A stretch of 64,000 nucleotides of DNA from a bacterium (GTDB lineage: Bacteria > Bacillota_I > Bacilli_A > RF39 > UBA660). The notes under the pieces were generated by a model. It searched no databases. It was given only the letters and a program-made list of their open reading frames with translations, and was not told the origin of the DNA. The position numbers were made by a program, and so were the translations under genes. This document shows, piece by piece, positions 19,676 through 28,946 of this stretch. How positions within the stretch are numbered: position 1 is the stretch's first letter; each line of letters starts with the position of its first letter. The stretch lies in the NCBI GenBank assembly GCA_029099845.1, contig JAQXOT010000024.1, positions 5,729 to 69,728 of the forward strand, given 5' to 3'.

Positions 19676-20404
19676 ATGAATCAAACTAAAATAGGTGCGT
19701 ATATAAAAGAACTCCGAATAAAAAATAATATGTCTCAATCACAATTAGCTCAAAAATTATCTGTAACCAATCAAGCAATCTCTAAATGGGAAAATGGTCG
19801 CGGTATTCCAGATATTGAAATGTTAAAACAGTTAAGTACTATATTTAATGTTAAAGTTGATGATTTAATTAATGGAGAAAGTAAAAGAAAAAATAACAAT
19901 AATAAAAAACTTTTATTAATCCTTGTCTCAATAATTATAATAGCTATAGTAATAACAATTGTTGTACTAGCTAATCATCAACCAAATAATTTTAATTTCA
20001 ATTCAATAGCTAGTGATAATGATAAATTTTCTATTAAAGGAGTAATTGCTTATAACAACAATAAAAAATCAATTTATATATCAGATATAAAATATCAAAC
20101 CACAACAAGTGAAGAAGATAAATATGTAGTTGCTGAATGCATTCTATACGAAGTAAACGGTAACACAGAAAAAAAATTATCCCAATGTGGTGATATCAGT
20201 AACCACAAAACTTATGAAACAAAAGAAGCCAATACCTTAACCACGCTTTTAAAAGATGTAGAATTTAACCTTGATAATTATACTTGCACCTGTGGAAAAA
20301 ATAGTTGTAATAATTTATATTTAAGAGTTAACGCAATTGATACCAACAATAAAACAATTACTTATAATATTCCAATTCAAATTGATAATAAATGTACAAA
20401 ATAA
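19676..20404 (+). CDS. membrane-tethered XRE-family regulator with Cys-rich extracytoplasmic domain
   Basis: XRE HTH (MNQTKIGAYIKELRIKNNMSQSQLAQKLSVTNQAISKWENG), one TM (LLLILVSIIIIAIVITIVVLA), ~130-aa C-terminal domain with 6 Cys. Confidence 0.75.
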   Translation: MNQTKIGAYIKELRIKNNMSQSQLAQKLSVTNQAISKWENGRGIPDIEMLKQLSTIFNVKVDDLINGESKRKNNNNKKLLLILVSIIIIAIVITIVVLANHQPNNFNFNSIASDNDKFSIKGVIAYNNNKKSIYISDIKYQTTTSEEDKYVVAECILYEVNGNTEKKLSQCGDISNHKTYETKEANTLTTLLKDVEFNLDNYTCTCGKNSCNNLYLRVNAIDTNNKTITYNIPIQIDNKCTK

Positions 20405-20488
20405 ACTATAAACGGATAGTTTAGTCAAAAAAACTCTTCGTTTATTTTTTTTATATAAGAAATAGGGTATACTGAAAGTGGTGATAAG

Positions 20489-21241
20489 ATGAAAGAAAAA
20501 AATAAAACAATTTTAAAAATATCAGTACTAATAATATTGATACTATGTATCTTGGGAATTATATTAATAATTAAAAAACCAAGTACAACTAACGTTTCTG
20601 TTAAAACAGATGCATTAAAATTTAAAGAAGAGTATGAGTCTTTAAATAATACAACAAGAGAAAGTGATGGGGCTAAATATAATAATGTTACCATACCAAA
20701 AGATAATCCAATTACTTATATAGATAGTGCTAAAGCCGTAGATATTATTAAAAATAAAAAAGCTATTATCTATATTGGAGCAGCTTGGTGTCCATGGTGT
20801 CGAAATGCCGTACCAGTAATGTTAGATGCTGCTAAAGATTTACAAATTGATACAATCTATTATCTAAATCTTGATGATGAAAAATCAAACTATAAAATAG
20901 AAGATGGTACATTAGTTGAGACAAATCACGGAACAAAAAGTTATTATGACCTTTTAGATATATTAAAAGAGCATTTGCGTGATTATATTTTAACTGATGA
21001 TGACGGCAACGAATATGATACTCAAGAAAAAAGAATTTATATGCCATACGTTATCACAGTAAAAAATGGAAAAGTTCAAAATGAGCAACTTTCAACTGTT
21101 AAACTTAATGAAAACCAAACTAAATATGATTCCTTGACAGATGACCAATACCAAGAATTATACGATATCTATTACAAGATGTTTGATGAACTATATAATT
21201 CAAATAGAACCTGTACAACCGATAAAGAAGAGTGTAGTTAA
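20489..21241 (+). CDS. membrane-anchored thioredoxin-fold protein (WCPWC active site)
   Basis: N-terminal signal-anchor, then IIYIGAAWCPWCRNAVP CxxC thioredoxin motif; two additional C-terminal Cys. Confidence 0.7.
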   Translation: MKEKNKTILKISVLIILILCILGIILIIKKPSTTNVSVKTDALKFKEEYESLNNTTRESDGAKYNNVTIPKDNPITYIDSAKAVDIIKNKKAIIYIGAAWCPWCRNAVPVMLDAAKDLQIDTIYYLNLDDEKSNYKIEDGTLVETNHGTKSYYDLLDILKEHLRDYILTDDDGNEYDTQEKRIYMPYVITVKNGKVQNEQLSTVKLNENQTKYDSLTDDQYQELYDIYYKMFDELYNSNRTCTTDKEECS

Positions 21242-21294
21242 AAAATAAAGAACAACACACTCTTTTTCTTTTGAAAAATGCTATAATACCTATA

Positions 21295-21352
21295 AATGCA
21301 ACCTAAAATTAGCAAAATTTCAAACTATAATTGGTAGAATGCAACCTAAAAT
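21295..21352 (+). repeat. two 15-bp direct repeats AATGCAACCTAAAAT (candidate operator)
   Basis: Identical copies at 21295-21309 and 21338-21352 (43-bp period), 34 nt upstream of ATG 21386. Confidence 0.8.
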
Positions 21353-21385
21353 AAGTGTATCATTAAACGTGAAAGAGGTGAAAAT

Positions 21386-22999
21386 ATGAAGTTTGGAGAC
21401 AAACTAATTCAATTGCGAAAAAAAAGAGGCCTATCTCAAGAAGAACTGGCCACCAAATTAAATGTTTCAAGACAATCAGTATCAAAATGGGAAAGCAATA
21501 ATACTTATCCAGAAACTGATAAAATTATTCAAATATGTAATATTTTTGATTGCACAATGGATGACTTAATAAATGAAAATATCAAAGATATAAATACCCT
21601 AGAAAGAAAAAACAAAAAAGAATTAAATATTAATATTGACCCTTTGGTTGAATTCGTTACTAAAACAGTAAATATGTTTTATAATATGAAATTTTTAAGT
21701 GGTCTAAAATGTTTGCTAGAATTAAGCATAGCGGCTATCATATTAATAATTATTGGTTTAATTATCAGTGAAGTAATTACATCAACCGCATATCATATCT
21801 TTGCATTTCTTCCTGCAAGAGCATTAAGCATTGTTAGTTCAATTATAAATGGTCTAATAAACTTAGCTTGGATCATTATAACAATAATAATCGTAATTCA
21901 TATCTTTAAAATCAGATATTTAGATTATTATGATCAAATTATGTCAACACCAAAAAATAAAGATGATAAGCATCAAAATCTAGAAGAAGAAAACAAAGAA
22001 CAAACTCCAATAGAAAAAAAGAGTAATCCTTCTGAAAATAAAACCCGTATTATTATAAGAGATAAAGAACCATTTGCCTTTTTAAATATCTTAGCCAAAA
22101 TAACAATATCTTTTATCAAAATACTTGCTATAATTATTGGCTTATTCTTTGCTTTTATTTTACTATTAAGTATCATAGGATTAGTTATAAGTATTTCCTT
22201 ATCCATTTATTCAAAAATTTTTATTGGGCTTGATATTGGAATAATAGGTATCCTAATAATTATCTTACTAATACTAGGAATAATTATTAGCTTTGTCTTA
22301 GGCACAAAACCAAATGTCAAAATAGCAATAGTATTATTCTTTATTTCTTTAATAATAACTGGAATTGGTACCGGTGTAAGTCTAACTGCACTAAAAGATC
22401 TTACTATTCAAGAAGATTTAAGTGATATCTTAAAAATAACTACTAATGAACAGACAATAAAATATAAAGAAAACTTAGTCATAATAGATAAATATCCTAA
22501 ATCATATGAATATATAATAAATAATTCCCTAGAAAAAGATACAATTGTAATTCAAAACTCCTATGATTCTCGCTTCAATAAAATAAATCATCACGAAACA
22601 TATATTCATAACGTCCCAGTATATATTTATTATTTAACTACCAAAACAAATTTTAAAGATACATATAATATTATTATCAATGACTTAAAAAATAATATTA
22701 TTCGTAAATATGACACTTATTTATATGAAGATGATATTAAAATAATAGCTAATGAAGCAACAATAAATAAATTAATTGAAAATTTCTCTAGATTATACGT
22801 ATATAATCAAGAAACTACAAAAAACGGCTATAAACTTACAAACATTTCTGATCGTATTAACTCCCCATATAGTGAATGCAGCGGAGAATACAATGCCTTA
22901 ACTGGAGAAATTACTGCTCCAAGTTATTGCAAATGCTTAAAGGAAGAAGACCCAAATACAAAAATAATTGAATATACATGTCACTATATTGAAGAATAA
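21386..22999 (+). CDS. polytopic membrane XRE-family regulator with extracytoplasmic C-terminal domain
   Basis: AGAGGTGA RBS; XRE HTH (MKFGDKLIQLRKKRGLSQEELATKLNVSRQSVSKWESN), several TM helices, ~210-aa C-terminal domain ending with 4 Cys. Confidence 0.7.
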   Translation: MKFGDKLIQLRKKRGLSQEELATKLNVSRQSVSKWESNNTYPETDKIIQICNIFDCTMDDLINENIKDINTLERKNKKELNINIDPLVEFVTKTVNMFYNMKFLSGLKCLLELSIAAIILIIIGLIISEVITSTAYHIFAFLPARALSIVSSIINGLINLAWIIITIIIVIHIFKIRYLDYYDQIMSTPKNKDDKHQNLEEENKEQTPIEKKSNPSENKTRIIIRDKEPFAFLNILAKITISFIKILAIIIGLFFAFILLLSIIGLVISISLSIYSKIFIGLDIGIIGILIIILLILGIIISFVLGTKPNVKIAIVLFFISLIITGIGTGVSLTALKDLTIQEDLSDILKITTNEQTIKYKENLVIIDKYPKSYEYIINNSLEKDTIVIQNSYDSRFNKINHHETYIHNVPVYIYYLTTKTNFKDTYNIIINDLKNNIIRKYDTYLYEDDIKIIANEATINKLIENFSRLYVYNQETTKNGYKLTNISDRINSPYSECSGEYNALTGEITAPSYCKCLKEEDPNTKIIEYTCHYIEE

Positions 23000-23011
23000 T
23001 TAGCTAAATAA

Positions 23012-23761
23012 TCAAAGAAGAAACACACACATCAACATAATTAAAATACCTAAAAGCAAGGCTAAAATTGTAGCCTTACTTTTTTTATAAGAAAAAGCCT
23101 CAGGAATAAGCTCATATATTGAAATATGAATCATAATACCCGCTGTAACCGATAGTATTATTGCAAGTATAAAATCATTAATATATTTTGCTAAAAATAA
23201 ATAAGCTAAAATTGCCCCTAATAATTCTGAAAATCCAGAAATTAAAGTATAACAAAAAGCCCAGCTCAATTTTAAGGTAGAGTAATAAATTGGTACAGCA
23301 ATAGAAATTCCTTCAGGTATATTGTGTAGTGCTATTGAAATAGCTAAAACAAGGCCTAACTTTTTATCAATACTTGAAGAAACAAAGGTAGTAATGCCTT
23401 CTGGTATATTATGCAATATTAACACAAATACCGAAATAAGGCCTAATTTATACAACTGATTATTTGATATAGCCTTATCAAGTTTTTGATCGATTAGCAT
23501 AGAAAAAATAATTCCGCATACCACAAAAATAGCAAGTAATATTATCATCGGAAAACCTTTAAAAAGTTTAGATAATAAAGAAATGGCTTCGGGTATCAGC
23601 GAAACAAAAGAAATTATTAACATTACCCCTGCTGAAAAAGCTAATGAAAAAGAAATAATCGTCTCCTTACTTTTATTTTTTATAAAACAAGGTAAAATCC
23701 CAAGCAATGTTGAAAAACCAGCTAGGGTAGTAATCATAAAACTAAAAAAAATCGTATTCAT
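23012..23761 (-). CDS. zupT: ZIP-family zinc transporter
   Basis: Start taken at MNTIFFSF (ATG 23761); duplicated HNIPEG(I/T) metal-binding motifs and 8 TM helices. Confidence 0.8.
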   Translation of the reverse strand: MNTIFFSFMITTLAGFSTLLGILPCFIKNKSKETIISFSLAFSAGVMLIISFVSLIPEAISLLSKLFKGFPMIILLAIFVVCGIIFSMLIDQKLDKAISNNQLYKLGLISVFVLILHNIPEGITTFVSSSIDKKLGLVLAISIALHNIPEGISIAVPIYYSTLKLSWAFCYTLISGFSELLGAILAYLFLAKYINDFILAIILSVTAGIMIHISIYELIPEAFSYKKSKATILALLLGILIMLMCVFLL

Positions 23762-23836
23762 AGTAAAAAATATGTAACTAGTAAAAAAATATACCAAACT
23801 TATGTTATAATAATATGCGAAATGAGGAGGCATAAT

Positions 23837-24463
23837 ATGAATTATGACTTATTAATGGAAGAAGAAATACAAAAAATTTCTGAAGGGCACACGCTTTTAT
23901 TACATGTTTGCTGTGCGCCATGCTCATCAGCTGTCTTAGAACGCCTAGGAAATTTTTTTCAAATAACCATCTTTTTCTATAATCCAAATATTGATACTTT
24001 AGAAGAATATAACAAAAGACTTATTGAACTAAAAAAGTTTTTATCATCCTTTAAAACAAAATATAAAGTCGATTTAATAGTGGCACCCCATCACCCAGAA
24101 GACTTTAAAAAAATAGCCAAAGGATTAGAAGATGCCATAGAACGTGGTCCACGTTGTTATAAATGTTATCATCTACGCTTAAAGGAAACTGCTAAATTAG
24201 CCAAAGAAAAGAATTTTGATTACTTTGCAACCTCTTTAACTTTAAGCCCCTACAAAAACAGCACTTGGCTAAATGAAATTGGTAAAGAACTTGAAAAAGA
24301 ATTTCAAACTACTTATTTATATTCAGATTTTAAGAAAAAAAACGGCTATAAGCGAAGCATTGAGTTATCAAAAATTTATAATTTATATCGTCAAGACTAC
24401 TGTGGTTGCATCTTTTCCAAAAAAGCCAAAGCAAACATGACAAATAAAATGTCAAGCAATTAA
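23837..24463 (+). CDS. queH: epoxyqueuosine reductase QueH (DUF208)
   Basis: ATG 23837 after GAGGAGG; LLLHVCCAPCSS and YRQDYCGC cysteine motifs characteristic of QueH. Confidence 0.8.
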   Translation: MNYDLLMEEEIQKISEGHTLLLHVCCAPCSSAVLERLGNFFQITIFFYNPNIDTLEEYNKRLIELKKFLSSFKTKYKVDLIVAPHHPEDFKKIAKGLEDAIERGPRCYKCYHLRLKETAKLAKEKNFDYFATSLTLSPYKNSTWLNEIGKELEKEFQTTYLYSDFKKKNGYKRSIELSKIYNLYRQDYCGCIFSKKAKANMTNKMSSN

Positions 24464-24609
24464 TAATAAATTGCATATTTTTTCTACAAATGTTATATTA
24501 TTAAATGTGAGATATCACTGGATTTTGCAAAATTATATTAGGTCCCTAATTATTAAATTTGGAAACTATATACCTAACCAAGGTCCAATCATTTAATAAG
24601 GAGGTAACC

Positions 24610-24786
24610 ATGGAATTCCAAGACAAAACACTAGTTTGTAAAGATTGTGGTCAAGAATTCGTATTTACAGCTGGAGAACAAGCTTTTTATAAAGAAAAAG
24701 GCTTAGATAATGAACCAAAAAGATGTAAAGAATGTCGTGATAAAAGAAAGAATTCAAGAATAGAACAACAAAATAAACAAAATTAA
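24610..24786 (+). CDS. small zinc-ribbon protein (CxxC...CxxC)
   Basis: ATG 24610 after AAGGAGG; LVCKDCGQEFVFTAGEQAFYKEKGLDNEPKRCKECR, a known small zinc-ribbon family pattern. Confidence 0.65.
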   Translation: MEFQDKTLVCKDCGQEFVFTAGEQAFYKEKGLDNEPKRCKECRDKRKNSRIEQQNKQN

Positions 24787-24812
24787 GATTGAATTATCTC
24801 AATCTTTTTTCT
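24785..24812 (+). terminator. rho-independent terminator
   Basis: AAGATTGA / TCAATCTT stem, 6-nt loop, TTTT; the left arm overlaps the stop codon. Confidence 0.7.
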
Positions 24813-24882
24813 ATCATAAAAAAACATTTACATATGTTTTTTCATACTGTATACTTAAAATTACAAGGAGTGTATATATTAT

Positions 24883-26187
24883 ATGAAATATTATTGCATA
24901 GGAATAAAAGGAACTGGCATGTCAACTTTAGCTCAAATATTATATGATTTAGGTAATAGTGTTTCCGGCTATGACGATGCCAAAGAGCATAAATTTACTC
25001 AGGATGGTCTAGACGCTAGAAACATCCCAATTTATTATGATAATACGCATGCAATTGATAGTGATACAATTGTTACGTATAGTGTCGCTTTTAAAGAAGA
25101 CCATAAAGAAATCCAAAGAGTAAAAGAATTAGGGTTACAAATCAAAAAATATAATGAAATTATGGGAGATATAATTTCCATGTTTGAAAGTATTGGCGTT
25201 AGTGGTACACATGGTAAAACAACAACATCATCCCTAATTAGACATCTTCTAGAAAATACAACTGGTTGTAACTATTTCATTGGGGCCGGAGATGGTCAAG
25301 CTACTAAAGACAACAAATATTTTGTTGTTGAAAGTGACGAATTTAATAAACATTTTACAGCTTATAATCCAAGTTACGCCATAATTACTAATATAGAAGC
25401 TGAACATCTTGAATGCTATACCGGTATTGATGATATCCGTAACACATTTGAAATTTTTGCTAATCAAACAAGCAAACTTGTTGTAGCCAATGGCGATAAT
25501 GAAGAGGTTCGAAAAATTAGCTATAAAACGCCTGTAAAATTTTATGGCTTTAATGAAAATAATGATGTTATTATTAAAAATGTAATTTTAAATGAAGAAG
25601 GTTCATCATTTGAATTATATGAGCATGATACAAAACTTGGCAAGTTTACTATCAATTTATATGGTAAACATATGGTAATGGATGCAACCGCTGCAATTAT
25701 CATTGGTAAAGAGCTTGGTTTAAGCATTGAAACAATTAGTGATTTATTGCCAACTTTTAAAAATGCTAAAAGACGCTTTGCTGAAGAAAAAGTAGGGCAG
25801 ACAATTATCATTGATGACTATGCTCATCATCCAACTGAAATAAAAGCCACCCTAGAAGCAGTAAAACAAAAATACCCAAATAAGCACTTAACCGTTATTT
25901 TTGCTCCAAATACTTACTCTAGAACTAGAGATTTCCAAAATGAATTTATTGATTCTTTCCAAAATGCCGATAACGTATATTTAACAGAAATTAGATGTAA
26001 TCGTGAAAAACAAGAAGATTATCCAGGAATTACTTCGCATATAATTACTGATAACTTACCAAATGCTAAAATAATTTCTAAAGAAGATATGGCTTTAGTT
26101 CCAAGTGGTAAAGATCAAATAGTTTGCTTTATGGGTTGTGCTTATGTTGATGATTTAATTAACACTTATAAAGAATGTCATAAATAA
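24883..26187 (+). CDS. murC: UDP-N-acetylmuramate--L-alanine ligase
   Basis: IGIKGTGMSTLAQIL N-terminal dinucleotide fold and GVSGTHGKTTTSSL ATP loop; 434 aa. Confidence 0.9.
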   Translation: MKYYCIGIKGTGMSTLAQILYDLGNSVSGYDDAKEHKFTQDGLDARNIPIYYDNTHAIDSDTIVTYSVAFKEDHKEIQRVKELGLQIKKYNEIMGDIISMFESIGVSGTHGKTTTSSLIRHLLENTTGCNYFIGAGDGQATKDNKYFVVESDEFNKHFTAYNPSYAIITNIEAEHLECYTGIDDIRNTFEIFANQTSKLVVANGDNEEVRKISYKTPVKFYGFNENNDVIIKNVILNEEGSSFELYEHDTKLGKFTINLYGKHMVMDATAAIIIGKELGLSIETISDLLPTFKNAKRRFAEEKVGQTIIIDDYAHHPTEIKATLEAVKQKYPNKHLTVIFAPNTYSRTRDFQNEFIDSFQNADNVYLTEIRCNREKQEDYPGITSHIITDNLPNAKIISKEDMALVPSGKDQIVCFMGCAYVDDLINTYKECHK

Positions 26188-26216
26188 AAGTCTCTAAATA
26201 TGAGGCTTTTTCTTTT
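26187..26216 (+). terminator. rho-independent terminator
   Basis: AAAGTCTC / GAGGCTTT stem (one G-U pair) then TTTCTTTT, directly after the murC stop. Confidence 0.55.
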
Positions 26217-26348
26217 ATATAGCATATAAAATCTTCAAAATCCGCTAATACCTTATACCCTATGCTATGATATAATAAAAAAATGCTAAAATTACTAAGA
26301 AAAACTCAAAGTAATATTAAAAGAAAAATAATTGAAAAGAGGAAAAGT

Positions 26349-26816
26349 ATGAATATATATGATATATTGTCCAACTTAAATATACATTATGAAGAAGTTA
26401 GTCATCCTGCCATCTACACAATAAAAGATGCTATAAATGCTAACATATTAAGTAAAATTGAAGGAACAGAATGCAAAAATCTATTCGTAAAAAGTAAAAA
26501 TGACTATTACTTAATTCTAATTGAAGCAACTAAAAGAGTAGACTTTAAAAAGTTAGCCCAAACTATAAATACATCCAAACTAAGTTTTTGTTCGGAAGAA
26601 GAACTTAAAACTATCTTAAATTTAAATATTGGTAGCGTAACACCACTAGGCATCATAAACGATCAAAATAATTTAATTACTCTTTTAATTGATCAAGATT
26701 TAAAAGAAAAGAAAATATTAGTTCATCCAAATATAAATACCAAAACTATATCAATAAATTATCAAGATTTAATTAAATTTATTGAATATACTAATCATAA
26801 ATACTTATTCTTCTAA
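26349..26816 (+). CDS. YbaK/ProX-type aminoacyl-tRNA editing domain protein
   Basis: ATG 26349 after AGAGGAAAAG; ~155 aa with NLFVKSKN and GSVTPLG motifs of prolyl-tRNA-synthetase-associated editing domains. Confidence 0.65.
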   Translation: MNIYDILSNLNIHYEEVSHPAIYTIKDAINANILSKIEGTECKNLFVKSKNDYYLILIEATKRVDFKKLAQTINTSKLSFCSEEELKTILNLNIGSVTPLGIINDQNNLITLLIDQDLKEKKILVHPNINTKTISINYQDLIKFIEYTNHKYLFF

Positions 26817-26859
26817 TTATTTTAGTCTAAAATTCATTGTATAAAAAAGCTTTAATTAC

Positions 26860-26888
26860 TTGCCAAAAAAAAATATTAGTGATATGAT
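26860..26888 (+). promoter_or_regulatory. sigma-A promoter of the tRNA gene
   Basis: TTGCCA (26860-26865), 17 nt, TGATATGAT (TATGAT 26883-26888; extended -10), 26 nt upstream of the tRNA. Confidence 0.5.
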
Positions 26889-26914
26889 ATTAATGTCTTT
26901 AAAAAAGGCACTAT

Positions 26915-26992
26915 GGCCTGTTGGTGAAGTGGTTTAACACACAAGGTTCTCATCCTTGGATTTCATGGGTTCGAACCCCATACAGGTCACCA
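26915..26992 (+). tRNA. tRNA-Glu, anticodon read as CUC
   Basis: Cloverleaf folded by hand: acceptor GGCCTGT/ACAGGTC, anticodon stem CAAGG/CCTTG with loop TTCTCAT, T-arm ATGGG-TTCGAAC-CCCAT, encoded CCA. Overall similar to B. subtilis tRNA-Glu (GGCCCGTTGGTCAAGCGG...GGGTCACCA, from memory). Confidence 0.8.
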
Positions 26993-27002
26993 TAATGTAT
27001 TT

Positions 27003-27035
27003 AAACTCAAGATATAAATCTTGAGTTTTAATTTT
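27003..27035 (+). terminator. rho-independent terminator
   Basis: AAACTCAAGAT / ATCTTGAGTTT stem, 4-nt loop, then TTAATTTT. Confidence 0.65.
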
Positions 27036-27131
27036 GCAAAATTATACATTTTTTTCTTCAATAACAAGCTGAATAATATTGTAAATATTTAGAAATTATA
27101 TTAAAATTAAATAAGAAGATAGGTGATAATT

Positions 27132-28016
27132 ATGAATAATAGTACTCCAAATGAAATACCAAAAAATAATAGTAACACTAATAATGACATTAATAATACT
27201 CAAAACACTACTAATAATTTAAAACCAAATACAAATAATATAGAAAAAAATAATTTAAGTCAAAACACTGAACAAAAACCTCACAAAAACTCATCGCTAA
27301 TGACAATTATATTTCTTCTTATCATTGCTGGTTTTTGTTTTTATACCTATTATACCTACAACTTGCATCAACAAGAAATAGAAACCCTTAAAGAAAGTTG
27401 TAGCCCTGTATCAACATCAGGTGAAACAAAAAAACTAGATTTGGACGCAACAATTGTTAAAGACTTATATGCTAAAGTTAAAACTAATATTCGTGAAGAT
27501 CTTGCCAATATGGAATTAAACGCTGAAATGAAATTATACTTAGCCGCAAGACAAATTCCAGCTTCCAAAATTTATAGTTCCAATTGTAACTATTTTAATA
27601 ACGCTAAAATGTCATTATATACCTGCAAAGAAAGTGCTGACTTTACACCACAAGCCTTTAAAGAAGAAGAACTAGCTCTTGAATATAAAAAATTATTTGG
27701 TGAAAATAGCGAATTTAATCATAATGATATTCAACTTGGTATGACATGCTTAGGTGGATACCAATATATTGCCGAACGTGGTGAATATGTTAGCGGCAAT
27801 TGTACGCAAATATCAACAACAGTATATCGAGCAAATAAAGAACTAATTAATGCCACAAGTACTGAATCAACAATCATCTTATATGAAAACGTAAAATATT
27901 ATGGAACTGAAGGCAAAGAACTCCCAGAAAAATTAATTAGTGGTACATATAAATATACATTTAAATTAGACTCTAATTATAACTATGTATATCTAAGTAA
28001 AGAATTAGAAAAATAA
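27132..28016 (+). CDS. hypothetical membrane-anchored protein with Asn-rich N-terminus
   Basis: ATG 27132; low-complexity N/T-rich ~60 aa, one TM (LMTIIFLLIIAGFCFYTYY), ~210-aa C-terminal domain with 6 Cys; no family recognised. Confidence 0.6.
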   Translation: MNNSTPNEIPKNNSNTNNDINNTQNTTNNLKPNTNNIEKNNLSQNTEQKPHKNSSLMTIIFLLIIAGFCFYTYYTYNLHQQEIETLKESCSPVSTSGETKKLDLDATIVKDLYAKVKTNIREDLANMELNAEMKLYLAARQIPASKIYSSNCNYFNNAKMSLYTCKESADFTPQAFKEEELALEYKKLFGENSEFNHNDIQLGMTCLGGYQYIAERGEYVSGNCTQISTTVYRANKELINATSTESTIILYENVKYYGTEGKELPEKLISGTYKYTFKLDSNYNYVYLSKELEK

Positions 28017-28030
28017 GGTAGGTTAATTAT

Positions 28031-28555
28031 ATGGAAATAAAAAAAATAGTAACAGGTGCTTTAGATGAAAACTGCTACGTGTTAATAAAAAATAAAGAAT
28101 GTTTAATAGTAGACCCTGGTAGTGATTATCCAAACATAAAAGAACAAATCGGTGATAATAAAGTTTTAGGCGTTTTAATTACTCATTCCCATTTTGATCA
28201 CATTGGTGCTCTTCGTAATTTTTTAACTAAACGAAGCATAAAAATATTTAAAAAAAGCAATTTAGAAGAAAAAGAATATACGATTGGTTCATTTAATTTT
28301 AAATGCCTATATACTCCTGGACACTCTAAAGATTCAGTAACATTCTTCTTTGAAGAAGAAAAGGTAATGTTTGTTGGTGACTTTATTTTTAAAGAATCAA
28401 TTGGCCGAACAGATCTTCCTGGTGGAGATGAAAAAGACATGCAAAACAGTATTCAAAAAATACTACAATATGACGAAGAAATTAAGCTATATCCTGGACA
28501 TTATGAAACAACAACTCTAAAAGAAGAAAAAGAAAATAACCCTTATTTACAATAA
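28031..28555 (+). CDS. MBL-fold metallo-hydrolase
   Basis: VLITHSHFDHIG (HxHxDH) motif, later GH and D/H ligands; 174 aa. Confidence 0.8.
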   Translation: MEIKKIVTGALDENCYVLIKNKECLIVDPGSDYPNIKEQIGDNKVLGVLITHSHFDHIGALRNFLTKRSIKIFKKSNLEEKEYTIGSFNFKCLYTPGHSKDSVTFFFEEEKVMFVGDFIFKESIGRTDLPGGDEKDMQNSIQKILQYDEEIKLYPGHYETTTLKEEKENNPYLQ

Positions 28556-28619
28556 AGTCTTTCTAGACTTTATTTTTATTTTATGCTAGTATAATAAATC
28601 AAGAAAGAAGGGCAAAATT

Positions 28620-28922
28620 ATGAAGGTATGGACAAAAGTACATCTAAAAGACCGCGACGCCAAAGTAGAAAAAATAGGGCGCTCATTAACCAATTACTTA
28701 TATGACTCTGGTCCAATGGTAAATATTAAGGAACGCTACAATATATCAAAAGATGATTATAAAGAAATAACTCAGTATACAGCCAATCGTATAAGTGGGA
28801 TTCTTATGTTATATTTAGCCAGCGATTATAAAAGAATTAATGACATTGTTAATAAATACAATATTAAAAATGAAAGTATAAATAATATTATTCCTGAAGT
28901 AGAAGGCTATATAAACAAATAA
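28620..28922 (+). CDS. hypothetical protein
   Basis: 100-aa ORF followed immediately by a terminator hairpin; no motif recognised. Confidence 0.5.
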   Translation: MKVWTKVHLKDRDAKVEKIGRSLTNYLYDSGPMVNIKERYNISKDDYKEITQYTANRISGILMLYLASDYKRINDIVNKYNIKNESINNIIPEVEGYINK

Positions 28923-28946
28923 AACTCCCAAAAGGAGTTCTTTTAT
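28921..28946. terminator. bidirectional terminator hairpin
   Basis: AACTCC / GGAGTT stem flanked by A-run and T-run, between convergent ORFs. Confidence 0.55.

Noticed and set aside
23762-23836. Looked for a preQ1 riboswitch upstream of queH and a Zur box upstream of zupT in the 75-bp divergent region.
   Set aside because: There is no preQ1 aptamer-like hairpin with an A-rich tail, and no palindrome resembling the Firmicutes Zur box as I recall it (AAATCGTAAT-N-ATTACGATTT).
24818-24846. Second hairpin AAAAAACAT-TTACAT-ATGTTTTTT after the 24785-24812 terminator.
   Set aside because: The stem is built almost entirely of A-T pairs and would be very weak. It is probably just an AT-rich palindrome next to the real terminator.
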